In this document: one piece after another, positions 1 to 9,362 of the stretch | Layout of the letters: each line of letters starts with the position of its first letter | Numbering within the stretch: position 1 is the first letter of the stretch | Origin: an uncultured virus (IMG/VR IMGVR_UViG_3300033074_001205) | Lineage: Duplodnaviria; Heunggongvirae; Uroviricota; Caudoviricetes | Virus record (IMG/VR): IMGVR_UViG_3300033074_001205 | Length of the DNA stretch: 64,000 nt | Strand: one strand, 5' to 3' | Notes under the pieces: model-generated | The model's input: the letters and a program-made list of their open reading frames with translations, nothing else | The model's database searches: none | Told to the model about the DNA's origin: nothing | Position numbers and translations under genes: made by a program

Positions 1-91
1 CCAAGGTATCTTTTCCAAGGTATCTTTTCCAAGGTATCTTTTCCAAGGTATCTTTTCCAAGGTATCTTTTCCAAGGTATCTTTTCCAAGGT
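1..91. repeat. Tandem array of the 14-bp unit CCAAGGTATCTTTT (6 perfect copies plus a 7-nt partial; may continue beyond the window edge)
   Basis: Units read directly at 1, 15, 29, 43, 57 and 71; partial CCAAGGT at 85-91. Confidence 0.97.
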
Positions 92-483
92 TTAGGCGGG
101 GCGGGTCTATATTAGGTCGAGGCAGGGAGCTGGTTTGAGTGTCGAGAAATCCCCCACAAAGCTATTTTTGAAACTACCTTAAAGTAAGCTTAACTGAAAC
201 TACCTTTAAAATAAATACCCAGTACAAATCTTAGGTACAACTCAGCCATAGAAAAAGCCACCGCCCACAAAACAATCCTTGTGGAAACCCTCTCTACACC
301 AAGATTCTAGGAAAATTACCTTAGTATAAGTTAAGGAGAAGTATTTTATATAATTTAAGTAGGGAGTTTTAAGTAGGTATTATAGTATAAACCTTAGTAA
401 AAGTCTTAGTGTAGCTCAAGTAGCAATCGTGACACATCTATGTAATAATTTCAGCTACCTTTAAGCATAAATCTTTAGACAAT

Positions 484-511
484 AAAAAAAGGGAGTCCAG
501 CTAAAACTCCC
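484..511 (-). terminator. Rho-independent terminator ending the leftward operon
   Basis: Minus strand reads GGGAGT-9 nt loop-ACTCCC followed by T7, downstream of the 662..895 gene. Confidence 0.75.
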
Positions 512-661
512 AGCTACAGTTTATAATAAACCATAACTAAGAATCCTAACCAGACTCCCTCATAAATTTCCTGAATATATTTCAACTCAATTTTCTAAAT
601 CAATATTTTTCAAAATCCCATAAAAAGTAATTTTGACTTTCCCTTTATTACTATCTTTGTT

Positions 662-895
662 TCAATCCCAGAACTCTTTCAAATCTTTAACTATTGCAAA
701 GAATCCAATCCAGAAACCTGCTTGAACATATTGATACCAAAAGGTATAATCTTCCTTTGGAGCTATTCCTGTTAATGCACTCAAGCCCCAAATAACACCA
801 TAAATAATTCCCGCACAGATTAATATAACAAGCCCTGCTAAAATACATCTGAATAAAAACTGTGCAAACTCTTTTAATTTATTTTTCATGTTCAC
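662..895 (-). CDS. Small membrane protein (about 2 TM segments)
   Basis: 77-aa ORF with two hydrophobic stretches and GGAG upstream. Confidence 0.7.
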   Translation of the reverse strand: MNMKNKLKEFAQFLFRCILAGLVILICAGIIYGVIWGLSALTGIAPKEDYTFWYQYVQAGFWIGFFAIVKDLKEFWD

Positions 896-907
896 TCCAT
901 AATCTCT

Positions 908-1501
908 TTAGCAATCATTTCCACAACAAGCATCACAATCACACTCTTCATAGATACAATCATCTTCAACAGTTACATCAAGATTTAATTTATAAGTACC
1001 TGAGTTAAGTATTTCACAAACTTGCTCTGCTGTTTTATATGCCATATATATTTTTTCAGGCTCTAACCATTCACCTGCTAAAGAATATTGGAAGATTCCA
1101 TCTGTATCAAGAAATATGAAATAATTCTCTTCACCAAACTCAAACTCATAAGCCCCACCAATACTATGTGCTAAAGCTTCCAATCTGTTTGCTCTAATAT
1201 TTCTTCTAGCTGAAACCCAAGCAGACTCTGCTGTATTTCTAATCAAACCTAACCTACTTAAATCCTCAGCACATTCAAAGCAAATATCTTCACCAATATT
1301 ATGAATTTGTAAATCATCATTATCTGCTAAAACATATACATAATCATCTGGAACTTCAACTCCTGCTGTTGGGTCTAGCTCAGCTTTCTGTGCTTCTTTC
1401 TCATCAAACTCTTTAATTTGTTCTTTTGCCTTTTCTACTAAGAACTCACTATGCGTTAAAAATGATTCTAATTCTTCTCTTGTGTATTCTCTATTTTCCA
1501 T
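908..1501 (-). CDS. Hypothetical acidic protein with Cys-rich C-terminal tail
   Basis: 197-aa ORF with AGGA RBS; ends in CIYEECDCDACCGNDC. Confidence 0.75.
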   Translation of the reverse strand: MENREYTREELESFLTHSEFLVEKAKEQIKEFDEKEAQKAELDPTAGVEVPDDYVYVLADNDDLQIHNIGEDICFECAEDLSRLGLIRNTAESAWVSARRNIRANRLEALAHSIGGAYEFEFGEENYFIFLDTDGIFQYSLAGEWLEPEKIYMAYKTAEQVCEILNSGTYKLNLDVTVEDDCIYEECDCDACCGNDC

Positions 1502-1532
1502 AATATTTCCTTCTTAAAATTTTAATATATAG

Positions 1533-1724
1533 TCAGCTTCTAATTAAAGAAGCAACAGCTCTTGTATAATCTACTAATAAAATGCAATGCTCATATTCTT
1601 CACAATATAAACAAGCAGGTATATCTTTACTTTCAATACACTCTTCAATATTGATGCGTTTCTCTTGTAGGAAAGCATCATCTTTGATAAGTTGTAGAGA
1701 TTCTCTATAAGTCAGTTTGTTCAT
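1533..1724 (-). CDS. Hypothetical protein with CxxC motif
   Basis: ORF 1533..1754; likely start MNKLTY; contains CLYCEEYEHC. Confidence 0.55.
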   Translation of the reverse strand: MNKLTYRESLQLIKDDAFLQEKRINIEECIESKDIPACLYCEEYEHCILLVDYTRAVASLIRS

Positions 1725-1983
1725 TCTCTGTCCAATGCTTGATGTGCTTCTCAATAAATTCTCTTTGTGAGAGAATGTAACCTAAAGTATATGCTTCATA
1801 TATTTCTGGAACTACTTCACAAATAAGGTCTTGTGGGGATTCTTGTCCTATAACTCTCCTCCCATTTATCATATAAGAATAATATCTACAAACATAAGGA
1901 TATATTTTATCTATTTGTTCAAACTCTATCTTAACAACATCGCCCTTAGCATTTATATAACTTTTACCTACTTCAATCTTCAT
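1705..1983 (-). CDS. Hypothetical phage protein
   Basis: Likely start MKIEVGKSY at 1983, overlapping the end of the upstream gene. Confidence 0.65.
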   Translation of the reverse strand: MKIEVGKSYINAKGDVVKIEFEQIDKIYPYVCRYYSYMINGRRVIGQESPQDLICEVVPEIYEAYTLGYILSQREFIEKHIKHWTENEQTDL

Positions 1984-2179
1984 CTTCAAAGATTCCTTCA
2001 ATAAATTCTGAGCCAGTATAAGCTCCAAGTAAACCTCCTGCAATGCTTCCTAAAGCAGTAACTGTTCTATCTCCACCACTTATATCTGAGGCAATAGTTT
2101 TACCTAAATCACTTCCAAGTTTCCCACCAAAAACTGCACCACCTAATGTTGCTACATCTTCAAATAAATCATCAAACAT
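1973..2179 (-). CDS. Glycine-zipper small protein
   Basis: GGAVFGGKLG and GSIAGGLLGAYTG GxxxG repeats; AGGAG RBS. Confidence 0.7.
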   Translation of the reverse strand: MFDDLFEDVATLGGAVFGGKLGSDLGKTIASDISGGDRTVTALGSIAGGLLGAYTGSEFIEGIFEDED

Positions 2180-2199
2180 TTTCTTCTCCTTTAGTTTTG

Positions 2200-3111
2200 T
2201 TAGTTGTCACTCCAACCCTCCCACTCAGCTATTTGTAAAGCTAGTTGTCTAAACTCCCACTGAGTCTTTGGCTTCGTTCTTAACTTCAGCATATTATCTA
2301 AAACTCTTGGCATCATTCCTGTCCATATTTCTGTATAAGCTCCTTGAGGAATAATCCTCCTAGCATCTTGTGGTTTAACTCCTTGCTCAAGTGCTGAGTA
2401 GTAATGATTCATACAAATGTCTATAACTTCTTGAGTTGTATAATTTCCAGTATATTCAGTAATATCATTTACACTTTTAATCTTCTGCATTTTCTCATCA
2501 ATATAAAAATCAAAAGGAACTTTCTTACCACTCACATATCTTCTACTAAGTTCTTGTAGATGGAAGTTATGTCTATTCCACTGCTTAGATGTTGCGATGT
2601 CCATTTTAACTTTATATACTTTATAGAACTTCTTGATAATCTCTATATCTTCCTCGGAAGTGTTGAAGTATTTCTCACTAAGCTCTTGTGCTTTTTTATA
2701 ATCAGTTGTCCAGCCTAAGTCTTGCAATAATGCTCTTAGATTTGTTAAGAGGATTCTCTCCCCGTTATAATCAAACACCTCACCAAACACAGAAGAATCT
2801 GGTTGTGGAATTGTATCAATTATTTCTTTAAAGAACATCTCAGCATTCGTACTTTCTCTAATTAAAACAGGAATAAAGGCAAAGCTACTACTAGGAATCC
2901 CTATATCTTCATTAGCAAGTCTATCATATAAGCTTTCACTCCCAATCTTATCAGGAGCTTGATAGCAAATAGATGCAACAGCAGTCACTACATTTAACCT
3001 TGCTTGATGACTTGAGTTAGCTTTACTAAAATCATATTCTTGAATGAAGGCAATGTTGTCATTAAACACATTATTATTTTCTCGCACCATCTCTGGTAAA
3101 TTATTTTTCAT
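2200..3111 (-). CDS. thyX: FAD-dependent thymidylate synthase
   Basis: Variant ThyX motif QWNRHNFHLQELSRRY, plus GVKPQDARRIIP and LKLR...QWEFR. Confidence 0.88.
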   Translation of the reverse strand: MKNNLPEMVRENNNVFNDNIAFIQEYDFSKANSSHQARLNVVTAVASICYQAPDKIGSESLYDRLANEDIGIPSSSFAFIPVLIRESTNAEMFFKEIIDTIPQPDSSVFGEVFDYNGERILLTNLRALLQDLGWTTDYKKAQELSEKYFNTSEEDIEIIKKFYKVYKVKMDIATSKQWNRHNFHLQELSRRYVSGKKVPFDFYIDEKMQKIKSVNDITEYTGNYTTQEVIDICMNHYYSALEQGVKPQDARRIIPQGAYTEIWTGMMPRVLDNMLKLRTKPKTQWEFRQLALQIAEWEGWSDN

Positions 3112-3429
3112 TTATTTCCTTTTATATTCATTACCATTGTAGATTGCATCTATTATATTCTCAATCTTTTCCTTATAATAACCGTCTCCAATGTTATCAA
3201 CAGACCTAATATAACTTCTTAGGTCATACAAATCTTCTGCCATTTCTCTTGTAATAACACTCTCAACAATATTAAAGTAAAGGTTATTTACATCTTGTCT
3301 CCTTAAGTTCCTAACTTCATCTTTACCTACAGCAAAATTAATACCAAACTTAATATGTATTTGGCTATCCTCCTCAGTTATATTTTTACCAAGGAAACCT
3401 TCACAAGTTTCATATAGTTTATTTTTCAT
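3112..3429 (-). CDS. Hypothetical protein
   Basis: 105-aa ORF with GGGGAG RBS, tightly packed in the operon. Confidence 0.7.
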   Translation of the reverse strand: MKNKLYETCEGFLGKNITEEDSQIHIKFGINFAVGKDEVRNLRRQDVNNLYFNIVESVITREMAEDLYDLRSYIRSVDNIGDGYYKEKIENIIDAIYNGNEYKRK

Positions 3430-3438
3430 TTATCTCCC

Positions 3439-3780
3439 CTAAATCTTTCCATCATATTCTGCTTGACAATCTTCTAACAAACTTTCCTCAGCAATATCTT
3501 CAAAGATATATGTAGAGTTTCTTGTTACAACAGTTATTACTTTATCCTTAACCTCAATGCTTTGCAAGATACTTGTTCTATAATTATAAGGAGCAAGTCC
3601 TCTAGCCTCTTGAACAAATAACACTGCTCTATCTTTATTATCTTCACATTTAAATTCATAAATGTCAATCTTAACCATACACTTATCTAAATGTACAAAC
3701 ATAGGATTGCTTGAAGAAACTTGTCTGCATCTGAAGTTCTGTAAAATTGTAGCAGGACTTTGCTTAATATTTTCTTTCAT
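3439..3780 (-). CDS. Hypothetical protein
   Basis: 113-aa ORF with AGGAG RBS; RTS...TRNSTY pattern typical of small phage proteins. Confidence 0.7.
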   Translation of the reverse strand: MKENIKQSPATILQNFRCRQVSSSNPMFVHLDKCMVKIDIYEFKCEDNKDRAVLFVQEARGLAPYNYRTSILQSIEVKDKVITVVTRNSTYIFEDIAEESLLEDCQAEYDGKI

Positions 3781-3971
3781 TAATTCTCCTTCGCCTCTTC
3801 GGCTTGTTGTTTTCTTAATTTCTTGTCTTGGTCTAGTTTATTTTTAGCCAACTTGAACCTAACATCATCTTTTGTTAAATATTTTGAAGGAATCTCAATA
3901 GAGTCCTCAACTAAATCTCTCATTAGTCCTTTATTATTATATCCCACCCAAGGTCTATCTTTAGTTTGCAA
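3780..3971 (-). CDS. Hypothetical protein
   Basis: 63-aa ORF coupled to both neighbours. Confidence 0.6.
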   Translation of the reverse strand: MQTKDRPWVGYNNKGLMRDLVEDSIEIPSKYLTKDDVRFKLAKNKLDQDKKLRKQQAEEAKEN

Positions 3972-4299
3972 TTCCGCCCCTTTTCCATATTCTGTAATTT
4001 TCTAAGATATAATCAATCTCAATCAAAACTATAATAGTATCTCTGTTGTAATTCTTGATGAAATACCCTAGAAAGACTACCCACATTAATGCCCCATAAA
4101 AAGGAATTAACCAAGAAGCCCACTTCTGTAATCTTGAAAGTGGCTTACATCTTTTAATATAAATCTCAGCATTTATGTTGAATATTGTAGGGTCATCTTT
4201 AGACAAAACCTTAACACTAAGCAGAATTACAACAACCACAAACATAATAACATTCAACAACCAACCCAACATAATCCAATTTAAAATCTCTTCCATCAT
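3961..4299 (-). CDS. Membrane protein
   Basis: 112 aa with two hydrophobic helices. Confidence 0.7.
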   Translation of the reverse strand: MMEEILNWIMLGWLLNVIMFVVVVILLSVKVLSKDDPTIFNINAEIYIKRCKPLSRLQKWASWLIPFYGALMWVVFLGYFIKNYNRDTIIVLIEIDYILENYRIWKRGGIAN

Positions 4300-4613
4300 A
4301 ACTTCACCTTTACTTCATAATTTATTTCACAAGAATCTTTCATAACCTTTTGATAACCTTCCCTACTTTCTAATTCAATAGATACATCATAAGTTTCTTC
4401 AAACAACCTTGTCATATTTGTTATAACTAAACCTAGTTGGATAGCTCTTTCACGAATATAGCTTGGAGTGTGTGGTTGAGACTCTCGTATGGTTGTCTTG
4501 GCACAATGTTGTTGCAAGATTTCCTTTACTAAAGTCTCTGGTGAAATAAACTTAGACTCAGCTTCTGCTGTTAAATGCTTTAACAATGCTTCATTTTTAA
4601 TTTCTAGTTTCAT
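4296..4613 (-). CDS. Hypothetical protein, possible N-terminal ribbon-helix-helix-like domain
   Basis: N-terminal strand-helix-helix pattern; 4-nt gene overlaps. Confidence 0.6.
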   Translation of the reverse strand: MKLEIKNEALLKHLTAEAESKFISPETLVKEILQQHCAKTTIRESQPHTPSYIRERAIQLGLVITNMTRLFEETYDVSIELESREGYQKVMKDSCEINYEVKVKL

Positions 4614-4804
4614 CTTACTTCCCTAAAATCTATTTTAACATCTTCATCATAACTAGCTCCTATAGAGCCAACAACTCCATCATTCTCATCAACTATATAA
4701 ATAATAGTTTCATCTAATGTTTGATATAAAGAGAAGGTTGCATAATCTCCAACCTCTTTTACTTCATTCCCTTGTATTTTAAATACTTTGTCTAATGTTG
4801 CCAT
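4610..4804 (-). CDS. Hypothetical protein
   Basis: 64-aa coupled ORF. Confidence 0.6.
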   Translation of the reverse strand: MATLDKVFKIQGNEVKEVGDYATFSLYQTLDETIIYIVDENDGVVGSIGASYDEDVKIDFREVR

Positions 4805-5167
4805 TTAATTTCCTTCACAATTATAAATATTTTCTTTAAACCAATCTCTTTCTTTACCTTTTATAAAAATAGCCCTTACTATAAACTTCATAAAGATATA
4901 TAATAAATATATGAAAGAGCCAATAGCAGATAACATTATACCTAAGATAACAACACCAACCACTAAGGTTATACCTTGTGTTAGATATACCTCAGCAGGA
5001 CTGCTAAAAGCCCTAGTACCAACCACACAAATATCTGATTGAATTGTTGCATAACCAACTGCATAGAAAATACTACAAACAATTAATGCTAATACTCCTA
5101 TAAAAATAATCGCAGCTAAGAAGGTTGTTATAAAATCCTTAACAGGTTGTTGTAATTTGCATTTCAT
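4805..5167 (-). CDS. Membrane protein
   Basis: 120 aa with two long hydrophobic segments. Confidence 0.7.
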   Translation of the reverse strand: MKCKLQQPVKDFITTFLAAIIFIGVLALIVCSIFYAVGYATIQSDICVVGTRAFSSPAEVYLTQGITLVVGVVILGIMLSAIGSFIYLLYIFMKFIVRAIFIKGKERDWFKENIYNCEGN

Positions 5168-6552
5168 CCAACAATCTCCTCATAGCTCGTTGCTGTATTT
5201 TTATCTTCTCTTACTTCAACAAATCTTGGTAAATACAAACTGGCTGGTTTATCTTTTTTACTTTGTATAAACTTATTATATTGAATCTCAATAATCTTTC
5301 CAATAAATTCATCTGGGTGTTTGTTTCTATCTAGGTCAGTTAATCCTGAACCACAATCCACTTCAATTCTTCCACAAGTTGTTTGCAGAATTAATGAACC
5401 AATCTTACCTTCATACTTACCTTTACCTAACTTAATCCCAACACAGTATAGGTCTGCATCATATACCTCTTTAATCTTTACCATATCTTTTGAAGTTCCA
5501 TCTTCCCAGATTGTATCTAACTTTTTAGCAACACCACCTTCTTCACCTTCTGAGATAAATTCATCTACAATAACTTGTGCTTCTTTCATTGAATAGACTC
5601 GGTAAGAAGGAATTGGTTGTAAACTTTGTGTCATAAAACTCAAACGAATAGCTTCACCAAATCTTTCTGTGTAGGGTCTTGTTGAAAGTCCATTCTCAAA
5701 TTCCTCTAAAGTTAATGAGTCCCATACTTGAAAGTTTATTCCAGAATCAATCCAATTAAATTCATCTCTCTTTTCAGCCAAGTCAAGTTTTGCTTTAGTT
5801 CTTCCACTTTTAGCTTTATCTTCTAAAGTTGCTAAAGTAGATTCCCTTTTAATAAATTTTGTAAGCAATCCATTTCCAGTCTTTCTATCAAATACTTTTC
5901 CATCTTCTATTATTAAAGCCTCACCAACAATTACACAATTAGGTAGCTGTTTGAGTTCTTTTGAAAGTTTATCTGAAGTCCATTGTGTTCCAGCTCTTGT
6001 TAGGAAACTTACCTCACCCTCTTGTATAATGATATAACTAAAGACACCATCAGCTTTAAGCTGTGTTAAAAATCCATCAGGCATTGTGTCAAATCTCTCT
6101 AAAGCTTTCTCATCTAATTTTGAGCATCTACAATATGGAATTTCCTCAATCAAATTTTTATAAACTTCATTGATAATCCCTACACCAACCCCTGCTCTAA
6201 TATCCCGACCAATAGCTAACTCAAATAATTCTCTAATAGTTTGGTTGGCTTCTAAGAGGAAGTTTCTAACATAATTTATTGCCTCAGCTCCTGTTGCCAT
6301 TCTCCCCGAAAGAACATTTAATATATCTCTTAGTCCAGATAAATCTTGCTCTACATATTCCTCAGTTTCATTCTTTGATATATCAGGAAGCTTTCGCATA
6401 TAATAATTAATCCTTGGATTATAAACTCTAATTAAAAACTCTTTGAAAGGTTCATAATCAGAATATCTTGCAAGGACTTCCTTCTTGTAATTTAGAGAAG
6501 CATCTGCTCTCAACTCTTTTATAATTTCTAATATAAATTGTGTGTCTTTCAT
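5164..6552 (-). CDS. ATP-dependent DNA ligase (T4 gp30-like)
   Basis: Motif I QLKADG, motif III VGEAL, IIIa FQVWD, IV EGGVAK, V VKIK; OB domain ending SLYLPRFVEVREDK. Confidence 0.95.
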   Translation of the reverse strand: MKDTQFILEIIKELRADASLNYKKEVLARYSDYEPFKEFLIRVYNPRINYYMRKLPDISKNETEEYVEQDLSGLRDILNVLSGRMATGAEAINYVRNFLLEANQTIRELFELAIGRDIRAGVGVGIINEVYKNLIEEIPYCRCSKLDEKALERFDTMPDGFLTQLKADGVFSYIIIQEGEVSFLTRAGTQWTSDKLSKELKQLPNCVIVGEALIIEDGKVFDRKTGNGLLTKFIKRESTLATLEDKAKSGRTKAKLDLAEKRDEFNWIDSGINFQVWDSLTLEEFENGLSTRPYTERFGEAIRLSFMTQSLQPIPSYRVYSMKEAQVIVDEFISEGEEGGVAKKLDTIWEDGTSKDMVKIKEVYDADLYCVGIKLGKGKYEGKIGSLILQTTCGRIEVDCGSGLTDLDRNKHPDEFIGKIIEIQYNKFIQSKKDKPASLYLPRFVEVREDKNTATSYEEIVG

Positions 6553-6684
6553 CTAAGCCACCATCTCCACAATCATTCCACCAACAGCTCTTGTTCTAAC
6601 TTCTTGTTTATACTTTGTTGCCAAATACTTATACTCCATTAATCTATAAGCTCTTTCTAATAATTTATCTTCACTTTTCATCAT
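6553..6684 (-). CDS. Small hypothetical protein (43 aa, absent from the ORF track)
   Basis: MMKSEDKLLERAYRL...EMVA* with AAGGA RBS; fills the gap between neighbours. Confidence 0.5.
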   Translation of the reverse strand: MMKSEDKLLERAYRLMEYKYLATKYKQEVRTRAVGGMIVEMVA

Positions 6685-6701
6685 TGAATCCTTTAACTTG
6701 C

Positions 6702-6926
6702 TCATAATAATACTCCTTTAAATTTTTTAATTGAATCTTCCAACTCCACAATCTTAGCACAGCTCTCTTGGTAAGCTTTACCTAACTCTTGACATCTGGC
6801 TTTAACTTTAAACATTTCATCTTTGAAGCCTAACATTTCTTCAAAGTCATCTTCGTGTAGAGTTAGCTCAAGTCCACTTCTAAGAACATATTTTGTGTAT
6901 CCATTTCCTTCGTATAGACTAATCAT
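6702..6926 (-). CDS. Hypothetical protein with coiled-coil C-terminus
   Basis: 74-aa coupled ORF. Confidence 0.65.
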   Translation of the reverse strand: MISLYEGNGYTKYVLRSGLELTLHEDDFEEMLGFKDEMFKVKARCQELGKAYQESCAKIVELEDSIKKFKGVLL

Positions 6927-7321
6927 TAATTTTCTCCAATCTTAATCAAACCATCTTTATAAGCCTTAACAAAACTCTTATCATAAGCTAAGTTTCCATT
7001 CAAACCATTATCTCTTAATTCTTGTGCTAAGTTTTTCTGCTCAGCCTTCATATTTTCTCTATCTTCAGTTTCTTGTATTTCCTCTTGAGTCATATCCCTT
7101 TCAAAATCTAACTCAATAGTTTCATAGGCATAATTTTCTCCATACTCTAAATAACTTCTTGCTTGAAATGCTATTGTAGTAAGTGTTGCATTATTATGTT
7201 TAGATAATTCTTCTTGAACTCTTTGCACCAACTCTTTTGAAAATTCTTCAAACTCTTTGATTGATTCCCAGTAAAGTGAATCGCCTTGACTATATAATTC
7301 TACTGTTTGTGATGTTCTCAT
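6926..7321 (-). CDS. Hypothetical protein
   Basis: 131-aa coupled ORF. Confidence 0.7.
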   Translation of the reverse strand: MRTSQTVELYSQGDSLYWESIKEFEEFSKELVQRVQEELSKHNNATLTTIAFQARSYLEYGENYAYETIELDFERDMTQEEIQETEDRENMKAEQKNLAQELRDNGLNGNLAYDKSFVKAYKDGLIKIGEN

Positions 7322-7500
7322 TTATTTTTTTCCTCCATCTTTGTTATTATAAATCCTAAAAATATACATATAAGTAGTAATTCCACCATTAGTATCTTAT
7401 CCTCAAAACTGTATATAAGTTCATATATAATAAAAAATATGAATATTATAACAAATCTAAATATTAGAGTATAAGTAGTATTATACATTACTCTCTCCAT
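7318..7500 (-). CDS. Small membrane protein
   Basis: ORF 7318..7524; likely start MERVMY; two hydrophobic segments. Confidence 0.6.
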   Translation of the reverse strand: MERVMYNTTYTLIFRFVIIFIFFIIYELIYSFEDKILMVELLLICIFLGFIITKMEEKNK

Positions 7501-7774
7501 ATCTTTCCCTCTTATATTCATCAAGTTCCTCTTCTAATCTTTCAAAGAAGCTATCTTCACCATCATCCCCACTAAATAACCAATCTAATCTTTGTGTATA
7601 AATTTGTGCTAGATTTAAGTAATCTATTCCGTTTGAAATCTCTTGAAGCAACTCTTTCTTCTTATCGTATTGATGATATTCTTCATCATTCTCTATTTTA
7701 ACTTTTGTTTCTTCTAACTTCTCAATAATATCTTGTATGTGATATTGTTGGTACTCAAAGTATCCACCTGACAA
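7481..7774 (-). CDS. Hypothetical phage protein (MSGGxFxY...DWxxSGD type)
   Basis: SGGYFEY and LDWLFSGDDGED; AAGGAG RBS, TTG start, promoter upstream. Confidence 0.75.
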   Translation of the reverse strand: MSGGYFEYQQYHIQDIIEKLEETKVKIENDEEYHQYDKKKELLQEISNGIDYLNLAQIYTQRLDWLFSGDDGEDSFFERLEEELDEYKRERYGESNV

Positions 7775-7808
7775 TGTTAACTCCTTATTAATTTGTTTCT
7801 TCAGTGAT

Positions 7809-7841
7809 ATTATACAAGTAGTTTTATAAGAGTTTGCTTAA
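7809..7841 (-). promoter_or_regulatory. Sigma70-type promoter, TTAAG-N22-TATAAT
   Basis: TGTATAAT with -10 at 7809-7814 and TTAAG at 7837-7841 on the minus strand. Confidence 0.65.
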
Positions 7842-7911
7842 ATTGTGTTATATTTTATGTTAAATTTATGATTTTTGTTTGATTATTTATACTTTTGTAG
7901 TATTTTTGTAG

Positions 7912-7939
7912 AAATTATAGGGAAAAGTCCCTATAATTT
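7912..7939. terminator. Hairpin / probable terminator
   Basis: AAATTATAGGGA-aaag-TCCCTATAATTT perfect inverted repeat downstream of 7972..8160. Confidence 0.55.
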
Positions 7940-7971
7940 GATTTTTGTAGTATTAATTCTAAGTTATTTGA

Positions 7972-8160
7972 CTAGAACCAAGTGTAAATTCCGTGTATAA
8001 TACCTATTGGAGGTAAGAACACACCTATTGTTGCTAAAATAGTTTCACCAGTTGCTGTGAAAGTTTCTAATTTGAATATGTATAGGATATTTGAAATATA
8101 TCCAACAAAGCCTACCACCCAAAGGAATAGTAAGGTTAATCCTGCAATTAATCGTATCAT
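7972..8160 (-). CDS. Small two-TM membrane protein
   Basis: 62 aa, hydrophobic, IGVFLPPIG. Confidence 0.7.
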   Translation of the reverse strand: MIRLIAGLTLLFLWVVGFVGYISNILYIFKLETFTATGETILATIGVFLPPIGIIHGIYTWF

Positions 8161-8169
8161 TTGTTTTCC

Positions 8170-8649
8170 TTATTTAGTTTTATAATATAAGCTTCCAATA
8201 TGATAAGCATCAGCTATATCATACTTTCCACTAGATATTGTTTTATATCTTGATTCAAACTTCTGCTGAATCTTATTGGGTAAAGCTTTCCACATATCTG
8301 GTTTCTTAGCTTTACCACTTCCTGTTGCACTTTTCTTAACTGCGGTTGGGGCAAACTCTTCCCACTCTAAATTATTGATATGACATAGAATCAGTATCTG
8401 AAAGTATATAGCCCCGAGAATTCTAACACTACTAGATATACTGCCAAAGCTAAGCCCTTCCAAAACAACTTTGTCAATATTTTCTTCATCAATAATCTGC
8501 TGAAGTCTATTTGCTAGTTGATATAGCTTAATATGTTGCTCCTCAGCTTTGTTTAAAGGCTGTATAACACCAAAGTCATATAGTAAGCCATCTTCAAAGA
8601 TGCAATATCCCAGTGAAGAAAGTGAGGGGTCTATTGCTAGAACTCTCAT
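8170..8649 (-). CDS. RuvC-like Holliday junction resolvase
   Basis: Start MRVLAIDPS with GGAGG RBS; VVLEG, PTAVKKSATGSGKAKK and DIADA motifs. Confidence 0.88.
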   Translation of the reverse strand: MRVLAIDPSLSSLGYCIFEDGLLYDFGVIQPLNKAEEQHIKLYQLANRLQQIIDEENIDKVVLEGLSFGSISSSVRILGAIYFQILILCHINNLEWEEFAPTAVKKSATGSGKAKKPDMWKALPNKIQQKFESRYKTISSGKYDIADAYHIGSLYYKTK

Positions 8650-9362
8650 ATTATCTCCTCCCCATTTAAGGTTATAGGTGTAACTTCCCTTCTCCAAAAA
8701 TAACCACCTGCATGTGGTAATTTGCCTAATATTACTTTACCAATACTTTGATTGGGTATTAATGTATCCCTCTCTGCCTCGTTAATACTTGAGTATTTAT
8801 TAATTACTATCCCGTCTTGTATTTGATATATTATAACTTTCTTAGGTATATACTCTAATACCACACCCTCTTGTAGAATACACATAACTTTATCTCTCAC
8901 TACAAGAGCCTCAGGTAAGGTTTTATACGTACCAAAATAATACTTTATCTTATTTAACTTTACATCTACGGTAAAATATCCATTGGTTACTTTTATAAGA
9001 GGCTCTCCTGTTTTACTAGTTCTGTACACTCTATGTATAGGCTTTAAATTATTTTCCCACATATGTTTAATATTTTCTGTATTAGTTACCCACTCTAAAT
9101 TACCTAGGGTGTTATCTGTTTTCACCCCATTCTTGTGGTTTACTTGATTTTTCTTTTCAGGATTTGGAATAAAATGTTCAGCCACTAATCTGTGAATTTT
9201 TTTACAAGATACTTTACCTAAAACATTAAAATTCACTGTTAAATATCCATTTTTATCGGGCACTAACTTTCTTTTATATTTAGTGCCTTTTGCATATGAA
9301 AAAACTTCCCCATCAGAAGTAATACTATAAATTCCCTCATATCCTTTTACAAAAACTTCCAT
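8646..9362 (-). CDS. NUMOD4-HNH homing endonuclease with C-terminal DNA-binding modules
   Basis: VKGYEGIYSITSDG (NUMOD4), HRLVAEHF...VNHKNGVKTDN...NLEW (HNH), YSSINEAER (NUMOD1-like). Confidence 0.9.
   Translation of the reverse strand: MEVFVKGYEGIYSITSDGEVFSYAKGTKYKRKLVPDKNGYLTVNFNVLGKVSCKKIHRLVAEHFIPNPEKKNQVNHKNGVKTDNTLGNLEWVTNTENIKHMWENNLKPIHRVYRTSKTGEPLIKVTNGYFTVDVKLNKIKYYFGTYKTLPEALVVRDKVMCILQEGVVLEYIPKKVIIYQIQDGIVINKYSSINEAERDTLIPNQSIGKVILGKLPHAGGYFWRREVTPITLNGEEII

Noticed and set aside
1..91. Tandem repeat as a CRISPR array
   Set aside because: Units are contiguous 14-mers with no spacers, and no cas genes are present.
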